A stretch of 64,000 nucleotides of DNA from Verrucomicrobiota bacterium (GCA_026397915.1 JAPLTX010000044.1:22779-86778), one strand, 5' to 3'. Numbered from the stretch's first letter, positions 1 to 10,317 are shown. Made by a program: numbers and translations. Notes: generated by a model from the sequence alone, not told the origin.

Positions 1-384
1 GCCAAATTCACCGAGGCCTTCACGAAATACAAAGACTACGTGGACACCACGCGTGGCGTCAGCAGAGCCCGCGCCCGTGCCGTCCTTGGCATGGGCTACA
101 GCCTTATGGGGCGTGCCGCCCAGACGCCCGATCAGGCCGCCGCCGATTACGAGGCTGCCTACTCCAACTTCGCCAGAGTCGCCGATCTCTACCTTACTTT
201 CGACGAGATCGTAGCCGAAGCGCTCTACATGTCCGGCCAAGCGGCGGAGAAAATCAACCGCACTGAGGATGCTCGCAAAGCTTATGAAGGCTGCCTGAAG
301 GGCTTCCCCAACGATCCGAACGCCGCCAAGGCGAAGGACGCGCTCGCCAAATTGCCGCCACCTCAACCGGTCGGCAAGAAATAG
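1..384 (+). CDS. TPR-repeat protein, C-terminal part (runs off the window's 5' end)
   Basis: Frame open from base 1; TPR-like helices (AEALYMSGQAAEK...ARKAYEGCLKGFPNDPNA). Confidence 0.7.
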   Translation, partial: AKFTEAFTKYKDYVDTTRGVSRARARAVLGMGYSLMGRAAQTPDQAAADYEAAYSNFARVADLYLTFDEIVAEALYMSGQAAEKINRTEDARKAYEGCLKGFPNDPNAAKAKDALAKLPPPQPVGKK

Positions 385-519
385 GTGGGAGGAATTCCCG
401 CCCGCCGGTATCAGGCGCGGCAAAGCGGTCGTGGCAAGAACCGCCAGATGAGAAGGAACTGATGCCTGTCTCGTTACCTCTTTTTCTTGGAGTCTTCTTG
501 CACACCCCACTTTCTAATT

Positions 520-1425
520 ATGAAACCAGAAAACAACAACTCTCCACGTCCACGCGTTGGCTACATCGGTCTCGGCATCATGGGCCGCCCGATGGCCGGC
601 CATCTCCTGAACGCCGGCTATCCGCTCACCGTTTTTAATCGCACGCGCGCCAAGACCGAACCGCTTGCCACTGCCGGCGCGCGCGTCGCCGACTCACCGC
701 GCGCCGTTGCTGAAGCCAGCGACATCATCTTTACCAACGTCACCGACTCTCCCGACCTTGAAGCCGTTGTGCTCGGCGCAGACGACAAAACCGACGGCGT
801 TCTTGATGGCGTTCGTCCCGGCAGCATCGTCGTGGATAACTCCACCGTCGCACCGGCCGCCGCGACCCGCATCGCCGCGCTCCTTGAAGGGAAGGGCGTT
901 CATTTTCTCGACGCGCCCGTCACCGGCGGCGAGAAGGGCGCCATCGAAGCCACTCTCGCGATTATGGTCGGTGGCGAGGAAGAAGTCTTCCATCGCGCGC
1001 TGCCGTTACTCCAACGGCTCGGCAAGACCGTCCTCCACGTCGGCCCGAACGGCGCCGGCCAGATGACCAAGGCCATCAACCAAATCCTCGGCGCGATCCA
1101 TCTCTGCGCAATGGCCGAAGCTCTCGCTCTCGCCAAAGCTGCTGGTCTCGACCTCGAAAAGACTCGCCAGATCGTCGCCAGCGGCGCGGCCGGCTCTTGG
1201 ATGCTTAGCAACCTCGCCCCGCGCGCCATCGCCGGTGATTTCCGCCCCGGTTTTAAGGCCGGTCTCCAGAACAAGGACCTCCGCATTGCCCTCGAAGCCG
1301 CCGCTCAACTCGGCCTCGACCTGCCGATCACCCACCTTGCCCGTCGCGACTTCCAGCATCTTGTGGACATGGGCTGCGGCGACGAAGGCACACAAGCCAT
1401 TGTCAAGACGCGAGGGAATCAGTAG
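520..1425 (+). CDS. NAD(P)-dependent beta-hydroxyacid dehydrogenase (2-hydroxy-3-oxopropionate reductase / 3-hydroxyisobutyrate dehydrogenase family)
   Basis: IGLGIMG Rossmann motif, FLDAPVTGG, catalytic K in GAGQMTKAINQ; ATG at 520. Confidence 0.88.
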   Translation: MKPENNNSPRPRVGYIGLGIMGRPMAGHLLNAGYPLTVFNRTRAKTEPLATAGARVADSPRAVAEASDIIFTNVTDSPDLEAVVLGADDKTDGVLDGVRPGSIVVDNSTVAPAAATRIAALLEGKGVHFLDAPVTGGEKGAIEATLAIMVGGEEEVFHRALPLLQRLGKTVLHVGPNGAGQMTKAINQILGAIHLCAMAEALALAKAAGLDLEKTRQIVASGAAGSWMLSNLAPRAIAGDFRPGFKAGLQNKDLRIALEAAAQLGLDLPITHLARRDFQHLVDMGCGDEGTQAIVKTRGNQ

Positions 1426-1433
1426 CGACGTCG

Positions 1434-2345
1434 CTACGGTTGGATTTCCAGCACACGCGACGGCGTTGTTCCTTTTCCCTCGACGGCGATTCGCGTCGCA
1501 AACGCCGACGCGATTGCATAGCTGTTGCCGCCCGTTGGCGACTCGATCATGCCGGAAACGGTCAGGTGATGGATGCCCTTGGCAAGCGCGTAGCCGCCCT
1601 TGTGGTCGTGACCGTTGATCCACGCGACGACGCAGCCGGACTGAACCAGCAGGGCTTCGACTTCGGCAGCATTCCACAGGACTGCCGCCGGGCTGCTGGC
1701 TGCGGCAAGGATTGGATGATGGCAGAACACAATCACGCGCTGTTTCTGCCGCGCCGCGTCGGCAAGCTGCTCGCGCAACCACGCTATCTGTTCTTCGCCG
1801 AGGGCGCCGGCGTATTTGTTCAGCTTGGGATTCTTCGCAAGGTAGTCCTCCGCCTGTTTTGTTTGCTTTGAGCCGTCGGGCGATTTCAAGCTCACGTCCA
1901 TGCCGTCCAGGACGAGAAAGCGCCAGCGCTCGTGCGCGAACTCGTAATAAGGTGACTTCAACCCAAGCTCCTTCAGCAAAGCGGGACGCGGCACCGTGAG
2001 ACAATGGTTGCCGATCACATGCCGGACGGGACAGGTCAGTTGACGGAAGATGCTTGCGATCAGAGCCAAGTCTGCCGCCGACTTGTCGCCATCACCGTCA
2101 ATGCTGTCACCGAGGTTGGCGACGAAGGCCAGTTGCTGCTGGTTGAAGTCAGCCACGCACGCCCGGAGTTTGTCCGCCGACTCGTTGTAGTGACGCTTCC
2201 CTCGCGCCGGTTTGTTCGCGTATTGCACGTCCGCCACAATGCCGAATCGAAAGAGTGGCTGCTCGGCCTGCTGAGCGAAGGTCGAAAGAAGGACGGAAAA
2301 CCAAACCGCGGTTAGAAGTGCGCGGTGAAATCCAAAAGTGTTCAT
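1434..2345 (-). CDS. Secreted calcineurin-like metallophosphoesterase (ADPRibase-Mn-like)
   Basis: Signal peptide; motifs ADVQY, LGDSID, IGNHC, HHP, GHDHKGG. Confidence 0.8.
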   Translation of the reverse strand: MNTFGFHRALLTAVWFSVLLSTFAQQAEQPLFRFGIVADVQYANKPARGKRHYNESADKLRACVADFNQQQLAFVANLGDSIDGDGDKSAADLALIASIFRQLTCPVRHVIGNHCLTVPRPALLKELGLKSPYYEFAHERWRFLVLDGMDVSLKSPDGSKQTKQAEDYLAKNPKLNKYAGALGEEQIAWLREQLADAARQKQRVIVFCHHPILAAASSPAAVLWNAAEVEALLVQSGCVVAWINGHDHKGGYALAKGIHHLTVSGMIESPTGGNSYAIASAFATRIAVEGKGTTPSRVLEIQP

Positions 2346-2453
2346 GTGTTGAATGATACAAAAACCGGCACAGCCACCTCAAGCCGACACTCTGACTTCG
2401 ACGCGTTTACTTTTTCGTGCCTTCCGAGCTGTTTTGTGGCTAATTCCTCCGTC

Positions 2454-3095
2454 ATGGCAACCAAGGCTACTTCCATCTCCAAGCTCATCGCCGCGCTGCG
2501 CAAGACCTACCCCGACGCGCATTGTGAACTGAACTTCACTACACCGCTTGAACTGCTCGTCGCCACCATCCTCTCGGCGCAATGCACCGACAAGCGCGTC
2601 AACATGGTTACACCCGCGTTGTTTGCGCGCTTCAGGACCGCCGCCGACTATGCTGTTGCGCCTCTGAAGGAACTGGAGCGGATGATCCAGAGCACCGGCT
2701 TCTTCCGCAACAAGGCCAAAGCCATTCAGGCGGCGTGCGTAGAGATCGTTGAAAAGCATGCAGGTTGCGTGCCGGACACGATGGAGGCGCTTACGGCGCT
2801 CCACGGCGTCGGTTGCAAGACAGCGAACGTCATCCTCGGCAACGCGTTTGGCAAGAGCGAGGGCGTGGTCGTGGACACACACGTCATCCGGCTCTCGCAA
2901 CGCATCGGTTTGACGAAGCAGAAGACGCCGGAGAAAATCGAAGCCGACCTGATGAAGTTGGTTCCGCGCGACCAATGGACGATGCTCTCGCATTGGCTCA
3001 TCTGGCATGGCCGGCGGCGCTGCTACGCCCGCGGTCCGGAGTGCGAACATTGCGAGCTGGCCAAGCTCTGCCCGAAGATCGGCGTGGAGAAATGA
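2454..3095 (+). CDS. nth: Endonuclease III
   Basis: LLVATILSAQCTDKRVN, HhH GVGCKTAN, VDTHV, C-terminal Cx6Cx2Cx5C FeS motif. Confidence 0.95.
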   Translation: MATKATSISKLIAALRKTYPDAHCELNFTTPLELLVATILSAQCTDKRVNMVTPALFARFRTAADYAVAPLKELERMIQSTGFFRNKAKAIQAACVEIVEKHAGCVPDTMEALTALHGVGCKTANVILGNAFGKSEGVVVDTHVIRLSQRIGLTKQKTPEKIEADLMKLVPRDQWTMLSHWLIWHGRRRCYARGPECEHCELAKLCPKIGVEK

Positions 3096-3430
3096 CCCCC
3101 TTCGACTGCCAAACCTGTCTCATTCTCGGAGCCGATATCGCTCTGATCGGGAGCATGCTCTACGCCGTTGCCACGCTCTGCTACCGTGTCACCAACGAGG
3201 CTGTAGAGGTGCTCATCCTTGGCTGGTGCGTCCGGCGCATCCGGTTGGACGACATCGAGCATGTTCGCCGCGGCGGCGCTTTCTGGAATGAGCATTGGAC
3301 GAACTTCAAACTCTGGAATAGCGTTACCCTGCGCCGGAAGAGCGGGTGGTTTCGGAACTTCGTCATTACCCCCAACAATCCGACCGAGTTTATTGTCGAA
3401 CTGGCGCAGAAACTGGAGAACTTGAAATGA
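3092..3430 (+). CDS. Small membrane-associated hypothetical protein (bacterial PH-like)
   Basis: ATGA overlaps with both nth and bcp; N-terminal hydrophobic segment, then YRVT...IRLDDIEHV...FVITPNNP. Confidence 0.6.
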   Translation: MTPFDCQTCLILGADIALIGSMLYAVATLCYRVTNEAVEVLILGWCVRRIRLDDIEHVRRGGAFWNEHWTNFKLWNSVTLRRKSGWFRNFVITPNNPTEFIVELAQKLENLK

Positions 3431-3885
3431 GCGAACTGAAGGAAGGCGACAAGGCGCCGGCGTTCTCAGCGGCCGGCAGCGACGGCAAGACCTATACATT
3501 AAAGGACCTTGCCGGGCAGACGGTGGTGCTCTATTTCTACCCGCGCGACAACACGCCCGGCTGCACCATCGAGGCGTGCGAGTTCCGCGACAGCTTCGCG
3601 GAGTTTCGCAAGGCTGGCACCGTCATCCTTGGCGTATCCACCGACGACCTCAAGAGCCACGCCGGGTTCATCGAGAGACAGAAGCTCAACTTCGTGTTGC
3701 TGGCCGACACCGACAAGAATATCCACCAAGCCTACGGCGTCTGGGGCATGAAGAAGGCGATGGGCCGCGAATACATGGGCACATTGCGCACCACCTTCGT
3801 CATCGGCCTCGACGGCCGCCTGAAGAAGATCTTCCGCGAGGTGAAACCCAAAGGCCACGCCGCCGAAGTGCTGGCGACCGTGTGA
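3427..3885 (+). CDS. bcp: Peroxiredoxin Bcp/PrxQ
   Basis: YFYPRDNTPGCTIEAC (CxxxxC), RTTFVIG. Confidence 0.93.
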   Translation: MSELKEGDKAPAFSAAGSDGKTYTLKDLAGQTVVLYFYPRDNTPGCTIEACEFRDSFAEFRKAGTVILGVSTDDLKSHAGFIERQKLNFVLLADTDKNIHQAYGVWGMKKAMGREYMGTLRTTFVIGLDGRLKKIFREVKPKGHAAEVLATV

Positions 3886-3940
3886 CGCCAAGTATCGCGA
3901 CAGGCTAGACACGAAAACAAATTCCTGAAATGATGCCGGC

Positions 3941-4543
3941 GTGAAGCAGTCAATCGTGACGTTGGACATGGAAGGCGTGTTGACGCCGGAAATCTGGATC
4001 GCCGTGGCCGAAAAAACGGGCATTGCGGAGTTGCGCCGGACGACGCGGGATGAGCCGGATTACGACAAACTCATGCGCGGGCGGCTGGCGATCTTGGATC
4101 GGCACGGGCTGAAGCTCTCGGACATCCAGACGGTGATCGGGACGCTGCGGCCGCTGGAAGGGGCGCTGGAGTTTTTGCGGGAACTGCGGTCGTTTTCGCA
4201 GGTGCTGATCCTGTCGGATACGTTCGAGCAGTTTGCCCAGCCGTTGATGCGGCAACTGGAGTGGCCGACGTTGTTCTGCCACCGGCTGGTGGTGGAGAAC
4301 GATCGGATTGTGAACTACGCGTTGCGGATCCCGGAGCAGAAGCAGCGGACGGTGGCCGCGCTGAAGCTGCTAAACTACAACGTGATCTCGGTCGGTGATT
4401 CGTTCAACGATACGTTGATGCTGATCGAGGCACACACGGGGTTTCTCTTCCACGCGCCGGCGAATGTGAAGAAGCAGTTTCCGCAGTTCAAGGCGATGGA
4501 GACTTACGACGAGCTGTTGAAGTTGATCCGGAAGGCGATGTAG
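3941..4543 (+). CDS. thrH: Bifunctional phosphoserine phosphatase/homoserine phosphotransferase
   Basis: LDMEGVLTPEIW, ILSDTF, GDSFND, characteristic of ThrH. Confidence 0.93.
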   Translation: MKQSIVTLDMEGVLTPEIWIAVAEKTGIAELRRTTRDEPDYDKLMRGRLAILDRHGLKLSDIQTVIGTLRPLEGALEFLRELRSFSQVLILSDTFEQFAQPLMRQLEWPTLFCHRLVVENDRIVNYALRIPEQKQRTVAALKLLNYNVISVGDSFNDTLMLIEAHTGFLFHAPANVKKQFPQFKAMETYDELLKLIRKAM

Positions 4544-4683
4544 ATGTCTCCGCGGGGATTAAGAGATGCAGATTGATTCGCCGGAAGAATGATGGGTTTC
4601 TTTGCTGCTGCCCCTTGACTTTCGCGGTTTCGCGTCCAGAGTGTTTGCTTACCGAGTCTTGTTATAATGCGAGGTGACTACCT

Positions 4684-4971
4684 ATGGCTGCTGTGACTCC
4701 TGCGAAGCAGGCGCGTGGAACTGTTTTTGTGCGGACCGAGGTCTGCAAGGGCTGTTCCTACTGCATTGATTTCTGTCCCTCCAAGTGCATCGAGTTTTCC
4801 AAGGACTTTAATGCCAAGGGCTATCACTTCCCGGTGCTGACGCGGCCGGAGGATTGTTCCGGCTGCGACTTGTGCGGGGTGTATTGCCCGGACTTCGCCA
4901 TCTTTGGCGTGCGGCTGAAGGACTTGGAGAAGCGCATCCAGGCCCAGCGGGCCGAAGACAAAGCCGCCTGA
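4684..4971 (+). CDS. 2x[4Fe-4S] ferredoxin, 2-oxoacid:ferredoxin oxidoreductase delta subunit
   Basis: CKGCSYCIDFCP and CSGCDLCGVYCPDFAI; first gene of OFOR operon. Confidence 0.9.
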   Translation: MAAVTPAKQARGTVFVRTEVCKGCSYCIDFCPSKCIEFSKDFNAKGYHFPVLTRPEDCSGCDLCGVYCPDFAIFGVRLKDLEKRIQAQRAEDKAA

Positions 4972-4997
4972 ACGTTTTTTTTCCTACCGCGATCATT

Positions 4998-6164
4998 GTG
5001 AATCTCACGAAAGCCGACCCCAAGGGAGTTCTCACCGGGAACCATTTCATGGACGGCGACCACGCCGCGTGCGAAGGCGCGCTGGCGGCCGGTTGCCGGT
5101 TTGTGGCGGGTTACCCGATCACGCCGTCCACCGAAGTCGTGGAGCGCTTCGCCCAGCGCATCCCGCTCATCGGCGGGATGTTCATCCAGATGGAGGACGA
5201 AATCGCGTCGTCCATCGCCATCCTCGGCGCGGCCTGGGCGGGCAAGAAGGTGATGACCGTCACCTCCGGCCCCGGCCTGTCGCTGATGATGGAGCACATT
5301 GGCTACGCGGCGATCACCGAGACGCCGTGCGTGTTCGTGGATGTGCAACGCGGCGGGCCGTCCACCGGCTTGCCGACGCTGCCGGCACAGGCGGACATGA
5401 TGCAGGTGCGGTGGGGTTCGCACGGCGACTATGAGATCATCGCGCTGTCGCCGAACTCGCCGCAGGAATGTTTCGACCTGATGATCAAGGCGTTCAACCT
5501 TGCCGAAGAATATCGGGTGCCGGTGTTTTTCATGATGGACGAGGTGGTGGGCCACATGACGGAGCGGGTGGTGATTCCCGAAGCGTCGGCCATCGAGGTG
5601 ATGGAGCGGCGCTGGACGAGCAAGCCACCGGGCGAATACAAACCCTACGCGGCCGACGACGACATGGTGCCGGAGATGGTCAAGGCGGGCGACGGCTACA
5701 GGATTCATATCACCGGTCTCACGCACGACGAGCGCGGCTACCCGGCGATGAATCCGCCGACGCAGAAGCGGATGATGGAGCGGTTGCTGGGCAAGATTCG
5801 CAACAACCGCGAGAAGCTGATTGATGTGCGCGGCGAGCATCTCGAGGATGCGGAGATCGTGGTGGTCTCCTTCGGCATCACTTCGCGGGTGTCGGGGCCG
5901 GCAATCGAGGAGGCGCGCAAGCAGGGTTTGAAGGTTGGCCACCTGCGGATGGTGATCGCCTGGCCGTTTCCGGCGAGCGTGATTCAACAACTCGCCCTGC
6001 GTGTGAAGGCGTTTGTGGTGCCGGAGTTGAACATGGGCCAGATGGTGCTCGAAGTGGAGCGCGCCGTGGCCGGCAAGACGCGCGTAATTTCCGTGCCACA
6101 CCCCGGCGGCACCGTGCATGAGCCGCAGGAGATTTTGACCAAGATTTTGGAGGCTGCCCGATGA
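4998..6164 (+). CDS. 2-oxoacid:acceptor oxidoreductase alpha subunit
   Basis: AGYPITPST, QMEDEIAS, TSGPGLSL, QRGGPSTGLPT; GTG start inferred. Confidence 0.92.
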   Translation: MNLTKADPKGVLTGNHFMDGDHAACEGALAAGCRFVAGYPITPSTEVVERFAQRIPLIGGMFIQMEDEIASSIAILGAAWAGKKVMTVTSGPGLSLMMEHIGYAAITETPCVFVDVQRGGPSTGLPTLPAQADMMQVRWGSHGDYEIIALSPNSPQECFDLMIKAFNLAEEYRVPVFFMMDEVVGHMTERVVIPEASAIEVMERRWTSKPPGEYKPYAADDDMVPEMVKAGDGYRIHITGLTHDERGYPAMNPPTQKRMMERLLGKIRNNREKLIDVRGEHLEDAEIVVVSFGITSRVSGPAIEEARKQGLKVGHLRMVIAWPFPASVIQQLALRVKAFVVPELNMGQMVLEVERAVAGKTRVISVPHPGGTVHEPQEILTKILEAAR

Positions 6165-7075
6165 GTAATGAAAGTTGCGTCGCTGACGCGTGCAACATTG
6201 AGTTGACGCCGGATCTCGCGATGGAAAACCCGGTGATGCCGTTCCTGCGCAAGGAGCGTATCCCGCACATCTGGTGCCCCGGCTGCGGCATCGGCACGAC
6301 GGTGAACTGTTTCGTTCGCGGGCTGGAGGAGTCCGGTCTGGACCTGAACAATGTCGCCATCGTCTCCGGCATCGGCTGCACGGGGCGCGTGGCGGGCTAC
6401 ATGAACCTCGATTCCTTCCATACAACGCACGGCCGGCCGATTCCGTTCGCGACGGGGCTGAAGCTGGCCAACCCGAAGTTGAAGGTGGTCGTTTATTCCG
6501 GCGACGGCGATCTTTTCGCCATCGGCGGCAACCATTTCTTCCACGCCGCGCGCCGGAACATGGACCTGATGGTTGTCTGCGTGAACAACCACACCTACGG
6601 CATGACGGGCGGCCAGGTCGCGCCCACCACGCCGCGCGGCGCGACCGTCTCCACGATGCCGTTCGGCAACTTCGAGGACTCGTTCAACCTGCCGTTCATC
6701 GCCGACGCTTGCGGGGCGGTCTATGTGGCGCGCTGGACGGTCTATCACGTCAAGCAACTCGCCCGCGCGATGAAGGAAGGGCTGGCCAAGAAAGGCTTCG
6801 TATTCATCGAGGCGATGGCGCCCTGCCCGACGCTTTACTCGCGCCGCAACAAGCTTGGGGACGGCGTGGAGCAGCTCAAGTATTTCAAAGAGAAGAGCGT
6901 GGTCAAACACGGCGCCAGCACCAAGGACGTCGGCCTGACCTTCCAGGGCGAGATCGTGGTTGGCAAGTTCGTGGACCGCGAGCGCCAGACGTGGCTGGAT
7001 TCGATGAACGAACACTTCACCGGATATTTTGGCGACAAGTATCAACGCTACGGAGGCAACCATGTCAAAGACTGA
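6161..7075 (+). CDS. 2-oxoacid:ferredoxin oxidoreductase beta subunit (TPP-binding)
   Basis: WCPGCG, SGIGC, GDGD...NN TPP motif, YGMTGGQ. Confidence 0.93.
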   Translation: MSNESCVADACNIELTPDLAMENPVMPFLRKERIPHIWCPGCGIGTTVNCFVRGLEESGLDLNNVAIVSGIGCTGRVAGYMNLDSFHTTHGRPIPFATGLKLANPKLKVVVYSGDGDLFAIGGNHFFHAARRNMDLMVVCVNNHTYGMTGGQVAPTTPRGATVSTMPFGNFEDSFNLPFIADACGAVYVARWTVYHVKQLARAMKEGLAKKGFVFIEAMAPCPTLYSRRNKLGDGVEQLKYFKEKSVVKHGASTKDVGLTFQGEIVVGKFVDRERQTWLDSMNEHFTGYFGDKYQRYGGNHVKD

Positions 7076-7631
7076 ACTCCGCGTCGGCGGCCTCGGCGGA
7101 CAGGGAGTGATTCTCTGCGGCATGATCATCGGCAAAGCCGCCTCGATCTACGACGGCAAACACGCGACGCTCATCCAAGCGTTCGGCCCGGAGGCGCGCG
7201 GCAGCGCGTGTAGCGCGCAGGTGACGGTGTCGGACGAGCCGATCGGTTATCCCTACGTCAAGCAGCCCGACATGCTGGTGCTGATGTCGCAGGACGCGGC
7301 CACGCAGTTCGTGCCGCAACTGAAACCGGGCGGGTTGGTGCTCTACGAGAGCGAGTTGGTTCCCAAGATGCCGCCGCTGCCGGCGGGCGCGCGGGCGCTG
7401 GGCATTCCCGCCACGCGCTTCGCCGAGGAACTCGGCCGCAGGCTGGTGCTCAACATCGTCATGGTTGGCTTCTTCGCCGGCGTCAGCGGCGTGCTCGGCT
7501 ACGAATCCGTCGAAAAGGCCGTGCTCGATTCCGTCCCGAAAGGCACGCAGGACCTCAACCTGCGCGCGTTTCGGCGCGGCTACGATTTTGGTTGCGAACT
7601 GCTTGCCAAACAAACCCAGGGAGCGTCATGA
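7062..7631 (+). CDS. 2-oxoacid:acceptor oxidoreductase gamma subunit
   Basis: GGLGGQGVI, FGPEARG, NIVMVG; SD GGAGG upstream. Confidence 0.92.
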   Translation: MSKTELRVGGLGGQGVILCGMIIGKAASIYDGKHATLIQAFGPEARGSACSAQVTVSDEPIGYPYVKQPDMLVLMSQDAATQFVPQLKPGGLVLYESELVPKMPPLPAGARALGIPATRFAEELGRRLVLNIVMVGFFAGVSGVLGYESVEKAVLDSVPKGTQDLNLRAFRRGYDFGCELLAKQTQGAS

Positions 7632-8224
7632 ATCTCCGAGAATATCCGATCAAGGCCAAGCTGCGCGACGGCAGCGAGGCGCAGGTCCGCGCGATGGACG
7701 CCAAGGACGGCCCGGCAGTGCTGAAGTTTTTCCGCGCGTTGCCAGAGGAGGACCGGCTGTTCCTGCGGGACGACGTGACCCGGCCTGAATGGCTCGACCG
7801 TTTTGTTCGACAGATTGACTATCAGACCATGCTGCCGCTGGTGGCCGAGGACGGTTCTGGTATCGTTGGAAACGCCACGCTCTATCGCCCACTCTACGGC
7901 TGGTCGGTCCACGTTGGCGAAATGCGCGTCGCCGTCGCGCGCGAGTATCAGCACAAGGGTTTGGGCACTGTGTTGGCGCACGAGCTGGTCAAGCTCGCGC
8001 TGGACGCGGGCCTTGAGAAAATGGTCGTCTCGGTCGTGGACAACCAGATTGCCGCCAAGCGGGCGTTTGAAAAACTGGGCTTCCGCTCCGAAGCCGTGCT
8101 CAAAGGGCACGTCAAGGACATTCACGGCACCAAGCGCGACTTGGTCGTCATGTCCAACGACGTTTCCCACATCTGGGAATCCATGGAAGCTTTGACGCGC
8201 GACTACTTGCCGTCGCTGGAATAA
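7628..8224 (+). CDS. GNAT family N-acetyltransferase
   Basis: Motif A YQHKGLGT, NQIAAKRAFEKLGF; ATGA overlap with the gamma subunit gene. Confidence 0.85.
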   Translation: MNLREYPIKAKLRDGSEAQVRAMDAKDGPAVLKFFRALPEEDRLFLRDDVTRPEWLDRFVRQIDYQTMLPLVAEDGSGIVGNATLYRPLYGWSVHVGEMRVAVAREYQHKGLGTVLAHELVKLALDAGLEKMVVSVVDNQIAAKRAFEKLGFRSEAVLKGHVKDIHGTKRDLVVMSNDVSHIWESMEALTRDYLPSLE

Positions 8225-8464
8225 GGCGCCTGCTCCTTGTGCGGGCAGCGGTGGATGCGGCACCTAGAGTAGCCGGCACTGTTTTGCCAACGGCTGGTCG
8301 TGGACCACGGGTGTTTTTGAGGGGAAAGTGCATAGGTGGCGGGGTTGACAGGGTGTGAGGCGTGTGCTTCTGTTTGGCCACTTTTGCTTCCAACCTGGCG
8401 GCTTGGGCTGCGGGGAGTGGAAGTGTCATGGTCAGTGCGCTAGATTCGAACAAACGAGTTCTTC

Positions 8465-10270
8465 ATGAGCAATACAAGCAATCCCAACAGCGGCACGGCG
8501 GTGGTGGCCAATGCGGTCCCCATCAAGGATGCGGTGATCCGCATAGCGGGTAATTCACAGGATGGAATCCAGACGGTGGGCGAGTTGCTGGCGCGCTACA
8601 GCGGCCGCAGCGCGCAGGAGGTCATGAGCTATATGACCATCCCGGCGACGATCAGCGGCGGGCCGTCCATTTATCAGGTGCGGATTGGTTCGGACGAGGT
8701 GCTGTCGGTGGGCGACGAAGTGGATGTGCTGGTGGCGTTTTACCAACATTCTTACGAACAGCACATCGGCGTGCTACGCAACGGCGGCGTATTAATCTAC
8801 GACCCGGACCAGGTGAAGCCCAACCTTGATGACAAACGATTCGCCTGCGTCGGTGTGCCGATGACTTCATTGACTATTGAGGCGGTCGGCGGCAAGGGAC
8901 GCGACAAGGGCAAGAACATGTTTCTGCTTGGCCTCATCGCGCGAATGTTTGATCTGGATACGGTCAAGCTGGAGGCAATGCTGAAGGACTGGGGCGCCAA
9001 ACGGGATGCGGGCACAATGGAGGCGACGTTCAATGCATTCCGGGCCGGCTACGGTTTTGACATTGGTCGGATGGGGCAAAATTTCCGATTCATTCCGAAC
9101 GAGCGGCGCACCGGCCGTCCGCTGGTGGTGATGGCGGGTAATCAGGCGATGGCCTACGGGTTGATCGCCGCGGGCGTGCGCTTTGGCGCAGCGTATCCGA
9201 TCACGCCATCGAGCCAGATCATGGAGATTTTGCGGGCGGAGTTGCCGAAATACGGCGGCATGTTCCTGCAAGCCGAGGACGAGATTGCGGCGGTTTGTGC
9301 GGCGATCGGCGCCGGCTACGGTGGGCGCGTGGCGGTGACGAGCACGAGCGGGCCGGGGTTATCGCTGAAGACCGAGGCGATTGGTTGGGCGGTGATGGCG
9401 GAGATTCCGCTGGTGGTGATTGACGTGCAGCGCGGCGGACCGTCCACCGGCCTGCCGACGAAGATGGAGCAGAGTGACCTGAATATCGCGATCTTCGGCG
9501 GCCACGGCGATTGCCCGCGCATCGTCATCGCGCCGCGCGATGTTGAGGATGCGTTCTATTCGAGCATCGAGGCGGTTGACCTCGCCCGTCACTATAGCAG
9601 CCCGGTCATCATCTTGAGTGACCAGGCCATCGGTTTCCGCGTGGAGGCGTTTGAAGAGCCTGATTTGGACAAAATTGTGCGAGAGATGCCAATTGACTTC
9701 ACGCCGCGCGGCGCGGACTTCAAGCCGTATGAAGACACGCCGGAGGGCATTCCGCATCACGCTCCGCCAGGCACGCCCATCGCCAATAACAACTACCCGA
9801 TCCTCACCGGTCTTGAACACAACGAGGCGGGACATCCCGGCGAAGACCCAAAGTTCCACTCGGTGATGACTGCCAAGCGCCGTCGCAAGCTGCAGAAGCT
9901 CGCGGAAAAACTGCCGACGCCCGAGGTGTTCGGCCCGGCCGAAGGCGACACGTTGCTGGTGAGTTGGGGTTCGTCCTATGGCCCGGCGCGCGAAGCGGCA
10001 GAGAAATCCATCGCCGCCGGCGAGCCGCTGTCCGCGCTTTGTATCCGTTACCTGAACCCGCTGCCGCCGGGTCTGGACAAGATCTTCGACCGGTTCAAGC
10101 GTATCTTGGTCGTCGAGAACAACGACAGCGGCCTCTACGGTTTTGGCCAGCTCGCCGCGATCCTCCGCAGCCGCTATTGCAACCCGCGCATCGGAGGCAT
10201 CAACAAGGCCGACGGGCTGAGCTTCAAGGTCCGTGAAATCCTCGAAGCGGTTCACGCACAGGCTCGTTAG
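8465..10270 (+). CDS. 2-oxoacid:acceptor oxidoreductase alpha subunit (gamma-alpha fusion type)
   Basis: N-terminal gamma-like IRIAGNSQDGIQ; YPITP, QAEDEIAA, TSGPGLSLK, QRGGPSTGLPT. Confidence 0.93.
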   Translation: MSNTSNPNSGTAVVANAVPIKDAVIRIAGNSQDGIQTVGELLARYSGRSAQEVMSYMTIPATISGGPSIYQVRIGSDEVLSVGDEVDVLVAFYQHSYEQHIGVLRNGGVLIYDPDQVKPNLDDKRFACVGVPMTSLTIEAVGGKGRDKGKNMFLLGLIARMFDLDTVKLEAMLKDWGAKRDAGTMEATFNAFRAGYGFDIGRMGQNFRFIPNERRTGRPLVVMAGNQAMAYGLIAAGVRFGAAYPITPSSQIMEILRAELPKYGGMFLQAEDEIAAVCAAIGAGYGGRVAVTSTSGPGLSLKTEAIGWAVMAEIPLVVIDVQRGGPSTGLPTKMEQSDLNIAIFGGHGDCPRIVIAPRDVEDAFYSSIEAVDLARHYSSPVIILSDQAIGFRVEAFEEPDLDKIVREMPIDFTPRGADFKPYEDTPEGIPHHAPPGTPIANNNYPILTGLEHNEAGHPGEDPKFHSVMTAKRRRKLQKLAEKLPTPEVFGPAEGDTLLVSWGSSYGPAREAAEKSIAAGEPLSALCIRYLNPLPPGLDKIFDRFKRILVVENNDSGLYGFGQLAAILRSRYCNPRIGGINKADGLSFKVREILEAVHAQAR

Positions 10271-10317
10271 ACGAACGGCAGCAAACCCGATTTTTAACAT
10301 CAAGAATTCAAGGTGCT

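Noticed and set aside
385-480. Riboswitch or ncRNA upstream of the dehydrogenase
   Set aside because: Only short stems; no recognisable aptamer consensus.
4824-6425. Long antisense ORFs (also 19566-21305, 25386-27293, 40508-42109, 50965-52272, 54056-55498)
   Set aside because: Shadow frames of high-GC genes with no recognisable motifs.
8274-8290. Sigma54 promoter (CGGCAC...TTGC) upstream of the second OFOR
   Set aside because: GG-to-GC spacing is 9 nt, not the required 10.
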